From: Myxococcota bacterium
Lineage (GTDB): Bacteria; Myxococcota; B64-G9
Length of the DNA: 53,546 bases
Assembly (NCBI GenBank): GCA_022710975.1
Contig: JAKLGA010000009.1
Location: 1 to 53,546, forward strand
Direction of reading: 5' to 3'
Part shown: piece after piece, positions 18,979-27,984 of the stretch
Layout: each line of letters begins with the position of its first letter
Numbering within the stretch: position 1 is the first letter of the stretch
Program-made: the position numbers and the translations under genes
The notes under the pieces: model-generated
What the model saw: only the letters and a program-made list of their open reading frames with translations
Told to the model about the DNA's origin: nothing
Database searches by the model: none

Positions 18979-21254
18979 AGCCGCCGCAGCCAGGCCAGGC
19001 CCACGAACAGCAGCAGGGCAGGGGAGCAGCCGCCCGCGGAGGCGCAGCCCCCGCAACCGGAGCCGTGGAGCGAGGCCGTCCCGTGGTCGTCTTGGACCCC
19101 GGAGTCCGGCCCGTCGGGATCCCCGGCGCCGTCCGATCCGTCGGATCCGTCCGATCCGTCGGATCCGTCCGACCCGTCGGCGCCGTCCGTCCCACCGTCC
19201 GATCCGTCCTGCGCCACCTCCCCCAGCGGCACCTCCACCGGGACCTCCGCCCGCCAGTCGATGCCCGAGGCCGCCAGGTAGGGCGGGTCGCTCGCCACGG
19301 GCGCGGCGGACACCAGCACCACGCTGCGGAAGGGCGCGAGCGGGACGCTCCCGCCCACGGGCGTGCCATCGGGCAGCGTCCAGACGCCGGCCAGGACCGG
19401 GACCTCGGCCTGCGCCTCCGTGTCGTTGAACACCAGGAAGGCGTTGGCGCGCACGATCAGGCTCCCGTCGGCGCGGGCCCAGGGCGCGGCCTGGGTCCAG
19501 GCCGCCAGCGTGTCGAGGTCTGCCCCTCCCTCCGGGCGGATCACCCCGGCGCCCTCGGCCGAGGCGATCAGGGTGGTCGCGGTCATCAGGCCGTAGTCGA
19601 GGTCGGGCTGGTACTGCAGGGCCACGGGCGTGGGCGGGGTGTAGGGCGGCAGCCACCACTGGTTCAGGTTCTCGGGCCGCACCAGCCGGCGGCTCGGCGA
19701 GAGCGCGGCCAGGGTGTTGCCCTCGATGGTGTGGCCCTGGGAGTCGCCCGCGTCGCCCGACAGCCCCAGCCCGGCCACGCGGTCGTCCACCGCGTGGTTG
19801 CCGCGCACGCTGCAGGTGAAGTTGTTGGGCAGGAAGATGCCCTGGCCGTTGCTGCCGTAGATGCTGTTGTCCTCGATCACCGAGTCGTGGAAGTCCTCGA
19901 GGAACTCGGGCCAGATGCCGTTCCCCAGCGGCCACCAGGGGTGCGAGGTCTCGAGGTCGCCGAGCGTGTCCAGGATGATGTTCTCGCGGATGATCGAGGC
20001 GTTGCAGTTGGTGTACACGGCCGCCCCGTCGTTCAACGTGCCCATGGTGCGCACGAACACGTTGCGCTCGACCGTCTGGCCGTCGCTGCCCAGGATGATG
20101 CCCGCGTAGCCCGTGTCCACCACCCGGTTCAGGCGGAAGGTGGCCGCGTTCGTCTGGCCCAGGATGACGCCCGCCGCGTGCCAGGAGCCGCTGCCCCCGT
20201 AGCCGCGCTCGTGGCCGATGCGCAGGAAGAGGTTGCGCTCGATGAGAGAGCCGGCCGGCCCGGCGGCGTCGGCCCAGCCCTGGATGGCGACGTTGCGCAC
20301 GTCGCGGAAGATCGAGCGCCGGATGGTGAAGGGCTGGCTGCTCCAGCCGTAGCCCACGGCGTTCGTCTCGATCTCGGCGAAAGTGCAGGCCTCGACCGTG
20401 GCCGGACCGTCGAGCTGCAGGGCCGGACCGGCGTAGCGCTGGAGCTGCAGGTGGCTGAGGCTCGTGCCGCGGGTGGTGAGCCCCGGCTCGTCGCGGGTGA
20501 GCACCTCGACCCGCATGCCCGCGGGGTCGGCCCAGGCGGGCGGGTAGAGGTACAGCGTGCCCGCCTCCCAGAACCACTCGCCGGGGGCGTCCAGCTCGTC
20601 GAGGTCGCCGTCGAGGAAGTAGCCCGAGCCCGGGTCGCTGAAGGGGTCCTGGAAGCGGCCCTCCGGGCCCAGCTCGAGGGTGTCCACCGCGGAGTGGCTG
20701 GTGACGGGCCGCGTCTCCCACCACCAGCTCCAGCGGCGCCAGCGCACCTGGGCTCCGGTCCAGCGGCCGGCCGCCACGCCCGGGCGCGCGCTCAGCTCGG
20801 CGTCCACGATGCGGTCCGGATCGTCGTCGTTGTCCACCCGCAGGAAGCCCTGGTTCGGCCAGCGCGCGAGCGGCACGAAGCGGCCGTCCACGTAGCAGGC
20901 CAGCACCGGCCCGGCCACCGCGGCCGTGCGCACGCGCTCGTCCGCGGCCCAGACGCCGGTGAGCGCCACCGGCTCGCTCGCGGTCAGCAGCGGATCGGCG
21001 CCCTGCCCGTAGGCGTCCAGCGCCAGGCCGCTGCCGAGGTCCAGGCCGCTGGCCGGGTAGGTCCCGCCGCGCTGGAGCAGGATGCGATCGCCCGCGCCCG
21101 CGCGGGTGAGGGCGTGGGCCAGGGAGGCGAGCGGCGCGGCCTCGCTCCCCGCGGCCCCGTCCACGCCGCCCGGGGCCACGTGCCAGTCGGCGGCGGTCGC
21201 GGCGGCGGGCAGGCACACGAGCCACGCGGCCATGCGGGTGATCGCGGTCCTCAT
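18966..21254 (-). CDS. Right-handed parallel beta-helix repeat surface protein with MYXO-CTERM-type sorting tail
   Basis: Signal peptide MRTAITRMAAWLVCLPAAATAA; many NxxxxN/GxxxxN turns typical of pectate-lyase fold (IIRENIILD, VIEDNSIYG, SVRGNHAVD); C-terminus (DGS)n linker then GSGCGGCASAGGCSPALLLFVGLAWLRRLYSV (Cys motif + TM + basic) = MYXO-CTERM pattern. Confidence 0.8.
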   Translation of the reverse strand: MRTAITRMAAWLVCLPAAATAADWHVAPGGVDGAAGSEAAPLASLAHALTRAGAGDRILLQRGGTYPASGLDLGSGLALDAYGQGADPLLTASEPVALTGVWAADERVRTAAVAGPVLACYVDGRFVPLARWPNQGFLRVDNDDDPDRIVDAELSARPGVAAGRWTGAQVRWRRWSWWWETRPVTSHSAVDTLELGPEGRFQDPFSDPGSGYFLDGDLDELDAPGEWFWEAGTLYLYPPAWADPAGMRVEVLTRDEPGLTTRGTSLSHLQLQRYAGPALQLDGPATVEACTFAEIETNAVGYGWSSQPFTIRRSIFRDVRNVAIQGWADAAGPAGSLIERNLFLRIGHERGYGGSGSWHAAGVILGQTNAATFRLNRVVDTGYAGIILGSDGQTVERNVFVRTMGTLNDGAAVYTNCNASIIRENIILDTLGDLETSHPWWPLGNGIWPEFLEDFHDSVIEDNSIYGSNGQGIFLPNNFTCSVRGNHAVDDRVAGLGLSGDAGDSQGHTIEGNTLAALSPSRRLVRPENLNQWWLPPYTPPTPVALQYQPDLDYGLMTATTLIASAEGAGVIRPEGGADLDTLAAWTQAAPWARADGSLIVRANAFLVFNDTEAQAEVPVLAGVWTLPDGTPVGGSVPLAPFRSVVLVSAAPVASDPPYLAASGIDWRAEVPVEVPLGEVAQDGSDGGTDGADGSDGSDGSDGSDGSDGAGDPDGPDSGVQDDHGTASLHGSGCGGCASAGGCSPALLLFVGLAWLRRLYSV
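19124..19210. repeat. Short tandem GATCCGTCN/GACGGATCN microsatellite-like repeat encoding (DGS)n linker
   Basis: gtccgatccgtcggatccgtccgatccgtcggatccgtccgacccgtcgg... inside beta-helix gene C-terminal linker. Confidence 0.7.
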
Positions 21255-21658
21255 GTCCCCAGCTTCTTCTGCACCCCGCGGGCGATCTCCTCGACGGTCA
21301 GGAGCTGGGCCAGGTGGCGGCGGGTGAGGCCGGGCTTCAGGAAGTCGCGGGCGTGGGGAAAGTGCTCCCGGAGCGCGACCAGGGCCCGCTCGGTGAGCAC
21401 CTCGTCCTTGTGGATCTCCTCCTCGGGGATGCCGAGCTGGGCCGAGAGGCTCATGTCCTCGCGGGAGAGCCGCAGGCCGAACTCCTGCTCCAGGAGGTAC
21501 ATCAGCTCGACCAGATCCAGGCTCTCGGCTCCGAGATCGTCCATCAGCCGGCTCTCGGGCCTGACCTCGGCGACCTGCAGGGCCAGCACCTCGGCCACGC
21601 GCTTGCGCACGCGCTCGAGGGTGTCGGTGGGGATGGGGACGGGCGTGGGGACGGGCAT
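21251..21658 (-). CDS. Acyl-carrier-protein-like protein with C-terminal extension
   Basis: Phosphopantetheine-attachment-like motif LGAESLDLVELMYLLEQEFG; 135 aa (ACP core ~80 aa + ~50 aa tail); stop overlaps start of beta-helix gene (ATGA at 21251-21254). Confidence 0.6.
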   Translation of the reverse strand: MPVPTPVPIPTDTLERVRKRVAEVLALQVAEVRPESRLMDDLGAESLDLVELMYLLEQEFGLRLSREDMSLSAQLGIPEEEIHKDEVLTERALVALREHFPHARDFLKPGLTRRHLAQLLTVEEIARGVQKKLGT

Positions 21659-21780
21659 GGGACCTCCTGCGCTCGGCCGGCGAGACTACCCAGCCCGCGG
21701 GCGAACTGCAAGCGCGTTGCCAAGCGGCGGGGGAGGGGTTAGGGTGCTCCCGGACCCCAACCCACCGGAGGTGTGCCCGC

Positions 21781-22983
21781 ATGAACACCCTGCTGTCCCT
21801 GGCTCTCCTGGCCCTGGCCGCGGCCCCGCCTGCGGCCGCGCTCGACGCGCTCGACTTCGACAACGGCGCCATCCTGCTCTCGGAGACCGGCAGCTACGGC
21901 GACGGGGTGGGCTCCTGGAGCGCCTGGCGCCTGACCGACGGCGACGAGGCCATGGGCTGGTGCTCGCCCGCGGAGGAGATCACCGGGGGGACGTTCGTGT
22001 GGGAGCTGGACACCACCTGGCGGCTCGACACCTTCGTGCTCTCGACCGCGAACGTCCAGGAGGACGGCTACCCGGGCATCTCGGCCAGGTCGGTCGATCT
22101 GTTCGTGTCCCCGGACGGCGCGGCCTGGCAGAAGCTGGGCGGCTTCGAGATCGCCAGGCTCACCCGCAAGGCCTTCCCCCTGCCCAAGGGGACCCAGGCC
22201 AGGCAGGTGAAGCTGGTGGTCACCGGGAACCACGGCCACAAGGAGTACACCGAGATCGCCGAGCTCGATCTCCTGGGCGCGCGCGTCGGGGCGGTGGCGA
22301 CGGCCCAGCTCGGCGGCGACTTCGCCACCAACTACGGCCCGATGCGCTTCGTGCAGGACGGCGAGGCGCTGTTCGGCTGCTACGACTGGGCCGCGGTCAC
22401 CTCCGCGGTGTGGGGCTCGGTGAGCGGGCGCATCGCGCGGGTGGTGTGGTTCGAGGCGAGCGAGGGCTCGACCCGCGAGGGCACGGCCACCTTCGCGGTC
22501 AAGGGCAGCGGCGAGCTGTGGGGCATCTGGTACGAGGGAGGTGAGCTCAAGGGCATCTGGGAGGGCCCGCGCGCGCCCAAGGACGAGGGCCCGACCTGCA
22601 CCCCGAGGAGGGAGGGCCAGCTCGGGGCGATGCTCAAGAAGAAGGGGCGCGCGGTTCTCTACGGCATCCACTTCGCGGTGAACGCGGACGTGCCGCTGCC
22701 CGAGTCGGAGCCCACCCTGGTGGAGCTCGCCGGCGCGCTCAAGGCCGACCCCGCGGTCAAGGTGCTCATCGAGGGGCACACGGACTCGACCAACACCGAC
22801 GCCTACAACCTGGGGCTGTCCGCGCGCCGGGCGAAGAGCGTGATGGGCTGGCTCACCAAGCACGGGGTGGAGCCGAAGCGACTGCAGGCCAAGGGCTTCG
22901 GCAAGGCCCGCCCGGTGGCCGACAACGCCACCGCCCAGGGCCGGGCGCTCAACCGCCGCGTCGAGGTGTCGGTGGTCAAGTAG
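21781..22983 (+). CDS. OmpA-family protein with N-terminal discoidin (F5/8 type C)-like domain
   Basis: Signal peptide MNTLLSLALLALAAAPPAAA; discoidin-like pattern (W.S....TDG.......GT.VWELD.......FVLSTAN.......SARSVDLFVS.DG..W); C-terminal OmpA motif HTDSTNTDAYNLGLSARRA...NRRVEV. Confidence 0.8.
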   Translation: MNTLLSLALLALAAAPPAAALDALDFDNGAILLSETGSYGDGVGSWSAWRLTDGDEAMGWCSPAEEITGGTFVWELDTTWRLDTFVLSTANVQEDGYPGISARSVDLFVSPDGAAWQKLGGFEIARLTRKAFPLPKGTQARQVKLVVTGNHGHKEYTEIAELDLLGARVGAVATAQLGGDFATNYGPMRFVQDGEALFGCYDWAAVTSAVWGSVSGRIARVVWFEASEGSTREGTATFAVKGSGELWGIWYEGGELKGIWEGPRAPKDEGPTCTPRREGQLGAMLKKKGRAVLYGIHFAVNADVPLPESEPTLVELAGALKADPAVKVLIEGHTDSTNTDAYNLGLSARRAKSVMGWLTKHGVEPKRLQAKGFGKARPVADNATAQGRALNRRVEVSVVK

Positions 22984-23004
22984 GCCGCGCCGGGTCCCCC
23001 GCGT

Positions 23005-23595
23005 TCAGCGAGGCAGCGACCGCAGGGCCTTCCTCGCGCCAGCCAGGCCGAGCTCGAAGGCCGGGACCTGCATCGCGTGTGCCCGCGGTTGCCCCGTGTC
23101 CTCCTCCCCCGCCAGCGCGTCCGGTTCGGGCTCCACCTCGTCCGGGGCCTTGCCCTCACGCAGGAAGGCCAGGAGCAGCCGGACCGCGCGCGACCTCGAC
23201 CCCGCGAGCTCTCGGGTGCTGCGCGCCTCGAAGGCCTTGATCCAGACCATCTCGGCCGTGGCCGGGTCCACCAGGCTCAGGTTCCACTGCACGTGGGCCG
23301 GCATGCACATGATCTCCGAGGACAGCAGCCAGCGAGCCTTGGCCTGCTCGTCCTGGACCTGGCGCACGGCCTTCAGCTCGGCCAGCCCGGCGAGCGTCTC
23401 GCGGCCGAGCCGCGCGCCCAATTCGGGCTGGTGGCCGGGGCAGCTCGGCGAGCGCGTCCAGGCCGTGGGGCACGGGCCGAGGCCCACGGTGGGCGGCTCG
23501 CCCGCGGCGGCCTGGCCTCCGCCCGCGATTGACGCGAAGCACACCCCCGCCAGCGCGACCGCCCTCAGCGCCCGGGAGAGATTCGTCGGCATCAT
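23005..23595 (-). CDS. Secreted hypothetical protein
   Basis: Signal peptide MMPTNLSRALRAVALAGVCFASIAGGGQAAAG; 196 aa; no recognisable domain. Confidence 0.5.
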   Translation of the reverse strand: MMPTNLSRALRAVALAGVCFASIAGGGQAAAGEPPTVGLGPCPTAWTRSPSCPGHQPELGARLGRETLAGLAELKAVRQVQDEQAKARWLLSSEIMCMPAHVQWNLSLVDPATAEMVWIKAFEARSTRELAGSRSRAVRLLLAFLREGKAPDEVEPEPDALAGEEDTGQPRAHAMQVPAFELGLAGARKALRSLPR

Positions 23596-23637
23596 GTCTT
23601 CCTCCTGACCTACCCTGGGAGGTCCTGGCCTTCCGGG

Positions 23638-24390
23638 TCACATCCCACCGGCGAAGCCACCGTCCGCGTCCAGCACCGCGCCGTGCACGTAGGCGGCCTC
23701 GTCCGAGGCCAGCCAGCACACCAGGGCCGCGATCTCGTCGGCGCTGGCGAAGCGCCGGAGCGGCACGCGCGCGCGCAGCTCCTCGCCCGCCAGCGCCCGC
23801 AGCGGCGCGGTCATGCCCGTCTCCACGATGCCCGGGGCCACCGCGTTCACCCGGATGCCCTTACGGCCCACCTCGACCGCCAGGGCGCGGGTGAAGGCCT
23901 CGGCGAAGCCCTTCGTGCCGGCGTACACCGCCCCGCCCCGGCTGGGCTTCCTGGCGAGCGTCGAGCTCAGGTTGACGATGCAGCCCGCGCGCGCCTTGAG
24001 CATGGGCTCGAGGGCCGCCCGGGCGAGCCACACCTGGCCCAGCACGTTGGTCTCCACCACCCGGCGGATCTCCTCGTCTGGCTGGGAGAGCAGCAGGTTC
24101 TCGGCCGCCACCCCGGCGTTGTTCACCAGCGTGTCCAGCCGCCCGTAGGCCTCGAGTGCCCGCGCCACCAGGAGCCCGGCCGTGGCCGGATCGGCCACGT
24201 CGCCGCGCACCACCTCGCAGGCGGCCCCGTCCGCGCGGCAGCCCTCGGCCACCTGCCGCATGGCCCCCTCGTCCGCGCGGTGGTTGAGCACCAGGCGCGC
24301 GCCCGCCCGGGCGAAGCGGCGCGCCACGGCCGCCCCGATGCCGCGCGAGGCCCCGCTCACCAGGATCACCCGTCCGCCCGTCATCACCAT
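23638..24390 (-). CDS. SDR-family oxidoreductase (FabG-like 3-oxoacyl-ACP reductase type)
   Basis: GASRGIG Rossmann motif, NNAG, catalytic YAGTK (YxxxK), PG motif; ~250 aa. Confidence 0.85.
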   Translation of the reverse strand: MVMTGGRVILVSGASRGIGAAVARRFARAGARLVLNHRADEGAMRQVAEGCRADGAACEVVRGDVADPATAGLLVARALEAYGRLDTLVNNAGVAAENLLLSQPDEEIRRVVETNVLGQVWLARAALEPMLKARAGCIVNLSSTLARKPSRGGAVYAGTKGFAEAFTRALAVEVGRKGIRVNAVAPGIVETGMTAPLRALAGEELRARVPLRRFASADEIAALVCWLASDEAAYVHGAVLDADGGFAGGM

Positions 24391-24515
24391 GCCCTGCCGC
24401 CTCCCGGGGAGTGTGTCCTCCTTGTACCCGCACCTGCAGGCGCCAGGCAAGCGCTGGCCCCGCGACCGGGGGCGTGGCATGCTGCCGCAGGGGGGTGAGC
24501 CATGGGAGGTGGTCC

Positions 24516-24887
24516 GTGCGGAGCACGTGGAGCGCCTGCGTGGGGCTGGTGATCCTCCTGCTGGCCGGCTGCGAGCGGCCGCCAGCCGAGCCGGCGCCGG
24601 CCGATGCCCAGGCCGTGGCCGCGCAGCGCGAACGCGAGGTGCGCCAGTGGTGGAAGGCTTGCCGGGCCGGCGGGCAGACGGACTGCGCCCGGCTCGAGGC
24701 GCTGCTCGCCAGCGACTCGGGTTTCAAGGCGCGCGTGGGCACCGACGCGGGGATCCTCGCCCAGGTGTGCCGGCTCGGGGATCCGGATCGCTGCCTGGAC
24801 CTCGGGCTCAAGCTCTTCTTCGGGGTGGGCGTGCCGCGGGATCCGGCCGCGGCCGACGCGGCCATGGCCAAGGCCCGGCTGGAGTGA
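24516..24887 (+). CDS. Possible small lipoprotein with Sel1-like repeat (GTG start)
   Basis: (V)RSTWSACVGLVILLLAGC lipobox-like leader; C-terminal LGLKLFFGVGVPRDPAAADAAMAKA resembles Sel1/TPR-like motif; on opposite strand inside the minus-strand lipid gene string, so weak. Confidence 0.3.
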   Translation: MRSTWSACVGLVILLLAGCERPPAEPAPADAQAVAAQREREVRQWWKACRAGGQTDCARLEALLASDSGFKARVGTDAGILAQVCRLGDPDRCLDLGLKLFFGVGVPRDPAAADAAMAKARLE

Positions 24888-24968
24888 GGCGGCTCACGCG
24901 GGCCGCGCGCCCCGCCCGCCAGGCGCCGGTCCAGGCGCACGCGGGGCCGGGCACGCACGGCAGCCGTC

Positions 24969-26267
24969 TCAGGCCGGGCTCCGGCTCACCACCAGGGCGG
25001 CGTTCTGGCCGCCGAAGCCGAACGAGTTGGACAGGCAGGTGCGCACCCGGGCCGAGCGCGGCGCGAGCGGCACGTGGCACAGGGCGCACTCGGGATCCGG
25101 ATCGGTCAGGTTCAGGGTGGCGGGCAGGAGCTGCGCCTCCAGGGCCCACAGCACGGCCACCAGCTCGACCGCGCCGGCCGCGCCGATCAGGTGGCCGAGC
25201 TGGCTCTTGGTCGAGGACACCGGCACCCGCGGGGCGGCCTGCCCCAGCACCTGGCGGATGGCGGCCGCCTCGGACGGATCGTTCTTGCGGGTGCCCGTGC
25301 CGTGGGCGTTGATGTAGTCGAGCTCGCCGGGCGCGATCCCGGCGCGCTCCAGCGCCAGCCGCATGGCGCGGGCGGCCTGGGCCTGGTCCGGGGCCGGGTC
25401 GGACACGCGGAAGGCGTCCAGCGTCGAGGCGTAGCCCCGCAGCTCGGCCAGGATGGGCGCCCCGCGGCGCCGGGCGGCCTCGCGCTCCTCCAGCACCAGC
25501 GCGGCCGCGCCCTCGCCCAGCACGAACCCGTCCCGGGCGCGGTCGAAGGGCCGCGAGGCGGCCGGGCCGAGCTCGTTCGAGCGCGACAGCGCCTCCAGCA
25601 TGCAGAAGCCGCCCACGCCCAGCGGGTTGACCATCGAGTCGTAGCCGCCGGTCAGCGCGCAGTCCAGGAGCCCGTCCTGCACGGCCAGGAAGGCCTCGCC
25701 GATGGCCTGGCTGCCGGCGGCGCAGGCCGACAGGTTGACCGCGAACAGGCCCTGGCCGCCCAGCTCCGCGGCCAGGCAGCGGGCGCCGAGATCGGCCGGG
25801 ATCTGCACCAGCGAGCGCTCGCGCTGGGCGCGCACGGCCTCGGCCAGGAGGGCGTAGTCGAGCCGCCCGGCGCGCACCTGCTCGGCCAGGTCCCCCAGGT
25901 TGAAGATCTCCAGGCCGGCGGCCAGGACCAGGCCCACCCGCCGCGGGGCGTGGTGCGCGCTCGCCCGGCTGCCGGGGAACGCCTGCGCCAGGGCCTCGCG
26001 TCCGGCCAGCAGCCCGAAGAGCGATTTGGGATCCCGGAGCAGCGCCGCGCGCTGGTCCGCCGGCAGGTCGAGCTCCGCGCGCGGCAGCGGCGGGACCTGG
26101 CCGGCGATGCGCGTCGGGAAGGTGGCCGCGTCGAAGCTGCGGATGGGCCCGATCCCGGAGCGCCCCTCGCGCAGGCCGGCGAAGAACTCCTGCCTGCCCA
26201 CGCCGATGGGCGAGACCACCCCGCAGCCGGTGACGACCACCCGGCGGCGCGCGCTCGACGAACTCAC
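24969..26267 (-). CDS. Beta-ketoacyl-ACP synthase (KAS II / FabF-like)
   Basis: GTG start with GGAGGTG RBS; RRVVVTGCGVVSPIG, active-site Cys in NLSACAAGSQAIG, His motifs INAHGTGT and GHLIGAAG; 432 aa. Confidence 0.9.
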   Translation of the reverse strand: MSSSSARRRVVVTGCGVVSPIGVGRQEFFAGLREGRSGIGPIRSFDAATFPTRIAGQVPPLPRAELDLPADQRAALLRDPKSLFGLLAGREALAQAFPGSRASAHHAPRRVGLVLAAGLEIFNLGDLAEQVRAGRLDYALLAEAVRAQRERSLVQIPADLGARCLAAELGGQGLFAVNLSACAAGSQAIGEAFLAVQDGLLDCALTGGYDSMVNPLGVGGFCMLEALSRSNELGPAASRPFDRARDGFVLGEGAAALVLEEREAARRRGAPILAELRGYASTLDAFRVSDPAPDQAQAARAMRLALERAGIAPGELDYINAHGTGTRKNDPSEAAAIRQVLGQAAPRVPVSSTKSQLGHLIGAAGAVELVAVLWALEAQLLPATLNLTDPDPECALCHVPLAPRSARVRTCLSNSFGFGGQNAALVVSRSPA

Positions 26268-27475
26268 GCGCCCACCTCCGGGGCGGCCAGCAGGGCCGCG
26301 GACAGGCCCCCGTCCGGGCCGACGGCCGTGACCAGCACCCGGTCGGGGGTAGGCGGCGAGGGGGGGCCGGCCTGCGGACCGTCGCCGGGCAGGGGCGCAC
26401 CCGCGGCCAGGCACAGGCTGGCCACGGCCAGGGCGGCGGGGAAGGCGGCCGGCTCGGAGAAGCCCAGCAGCCCGTCCAGGCTCAGGAGTGCGGGCGGCCG
26501 GGCGGGCCACAGCCGCGCGCACAGCGACACCAGGGCCGCGTCCCCGGCCGCGTCCGGGCTGCCCGTCACCAGCAGGACCGGGGGCGGCGGTCCCCCGCTC
26601 GCGTCCCGCAGGACCTCCGCGAGCAGGTCCGTCGCGCCCGCCGCCTGCCGGGGGCCCCAGGCGACGCTGACGCGCTCGAGCGCGGCCAGGGGGCGCGCCC
26701 CGCGCGCCCGGGCGGCCGGCTCCTGCTCGAGCACCAGCGCCGCGCCCTGATCGGCCGGGGCCAGGCCGCGGTGGCCGGGCGCGAAGGGCCGGGCGGCCTC
26801 GGCCGTGGTGGGCACCTGGTCCGCCCGCAGCGCGGTGCACAGGGGCAGCAGCGACAGCGCCTGGCCGCTGCCGCCGACCAGGGCGCAGCCGGCGCGGCCA
26901 CGGCGGAGGCCGCGCAGGGCGGCCTCCAGCGCGGCGCCGGCCTGGCCGGCGCCCGGGTACAGGATGGCGTTCTCGCCCCGCAGGCCGAGGGCGATGCTGG
27001 CGAGCCCGAGCGGCATGTTGAGCAGCATCTTGAAGGGCATGAGCGGGTTGCAGCGGCGGATGCCCTCGGCGCCCATGTAGGCGTAGTCCGGCCGTCCGTC
27101 CGCCGTCAGGCCCGCGGCCATGGTCGGGTAGACCGCGGCGAGGTCGAAGGCGATCAGCCCGGTGGCCAGGTAGAGCGAGGTGTCCTCGGGCGGGGAGGAG
27201 AGCGCCGCGGCGGCCAGCGCCCGCGCGCAGACCACCACGGCCAGCTCGGCGGTGGGGCTCATGTACTTCTGCAGCTTGCGATCCGCCAGGAACCCGGACG
27301 TGGGCGGGGGCGGGCAGGGGGCCCCGGGCAGCGCGGGGAAGCCCGGCGCCCCGGCCAGCTCGAAGGCGCGGAGCGCGCGCCGGCCCGCCTGCAGCGCCGC
27401 GAGGCTCTCGGGCCCGTCGCCGAAGGCGGTGTGCAACCCGGCGCCGGTGACGAGGGTGCGCCCAGGTGCGCTCAC
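26264..27475 (-). CDS. Beta-ketoacyl synthase-like protein lacking the Cys-His-His triad (chain-length-factor / KS-beta-like)
   Basis: KS-fold length and N-terminus (RTLVTGAGLHTAFG) but active-site positions read ATGLIA / GGSGQ instead of xACxxG / HGTGT; stop overlaps KAS start (4 nt) and start overlaps dehydratase stop. Confidence 0.7.
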   Translation of the reverse strand: MSAPGRTLVTGAGLHTAFGDGPESLAALQAGRRALRAFELAGAPGFPALPGAPCPPPPTSGFLADRKLQKYMSPTAELAVVVCARALAAAALSSPPEDTSLYLATGLIAFDLAAVYPTMAAGLTADGRPDYAYMGAEGIRRCNPLMPFKMLLNMPLGLASIALGLRGENAILYPGAGQAGAALEAALRGLRRGRAGCALVGGSGQALSLLPLCTALRADQVPTTAEAARPFAPGHRGLAPADQGAALVLEQEPAARARGARPLAALERVSVAWGPRQAAGATDLLAEVLRDASGGPPPPVLLVTGSPDAAGDAALVSLCARLWPARPPALLSLDGLLGFSEPAAFPAALAVASLCLAAGAPLPGDGPQAGPPSPPTPDRVLVTAVGPDGGLSAALLAAPEVGA

Positions 27476-27984
27476 TCGATGAACCTCGCCTCGCGGGTGA
27501 GGATCTCCAGGTAGCCCTCGCGGGCCTCCTGCAGGCGCTTGTCCTCGATCTTGAGGAACACGTACAGGATCTCGGCCTGGGCCACCCGGCGCTCGCCGCG
27601 CCTGGTGAGCACCTTGACCAGGGCCGAGTCCTCGTGGGCCGAGACGATCTCCGCCCGCAGGCGTAGCAGGTCGCCTGGCTTCACGAAGTCGCGGAACTTG
27701 GCCTTGACCGAGCTCAGCACGCAGCGCGGGCTGTAGCCGAGCTCGCCCTTCAGCGACAGCTCGAGCAGCGCCCCGCCGAGCTGGGCCATGCTCTCGATGA
27801 GCAGCGCGCCGGGGTAGACCGGTTGACCGGGGAAGTGGTGCTCGAAGCAGTCCTCGCTCAGCGCCACGGCCTTGAGGCCCTCGGCGTACTCCCCCCGCTT
27901 GACCTCCTCGATGCGATCGAGCAGCACGTAGCGCACGTCGTCACCCTCCCTCGCGCGGGCCGTCTTCCCCGTCGTCCCCGGCAT
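27472..27984 (-). CDS. FabZ/FabA-like 3-hydroxyacyl-ACP dehydratase (hotdog fold)
   Basis: EHHFPGQPVYPGALLIESMAQ motif (FabZ HxxxG..P..PG.L..E); ~165 aa; start may be ATG 27984 or GTG 27933 (track start overlaps nitroreductase 3' end by 44 nt). Confidence 0.8.
   Translation of the reverse strand: MPGTTGKTARAREGDDVRYVLLDRIEEVKRGEYAEGLKAVALSEDCFEHHFPGQPVYPGALLIESMAQLGGALLELSLKGELGYSPRCVLSSVKAKFRDFVKPGDLLRLRAEIVSAHEDSALVKVLTRRGERRVAQAEILYVFLKIEDKRLQEAREGYLEILTREARFIE

Noticed and set aside
16348-21225. 1625-aa minus-strand ORF, plus the merged 1405-3570 (721 aa), 24969-26840 (623 aa), 27823-29445 (540 aa), 32640-34376 (578 aa), 34542-36884 (780 aa) and 51624-53528 (634 aa) ORFs
   Set aside because: Only the downstream portions, beginning at internal Met or GTG codons with RBSs, signal peptides or family-typical N-termini, are genuine genes. 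The upstream extensions are Arg/Pro/Gly-rich read-through across neighbouring genes in other frames.
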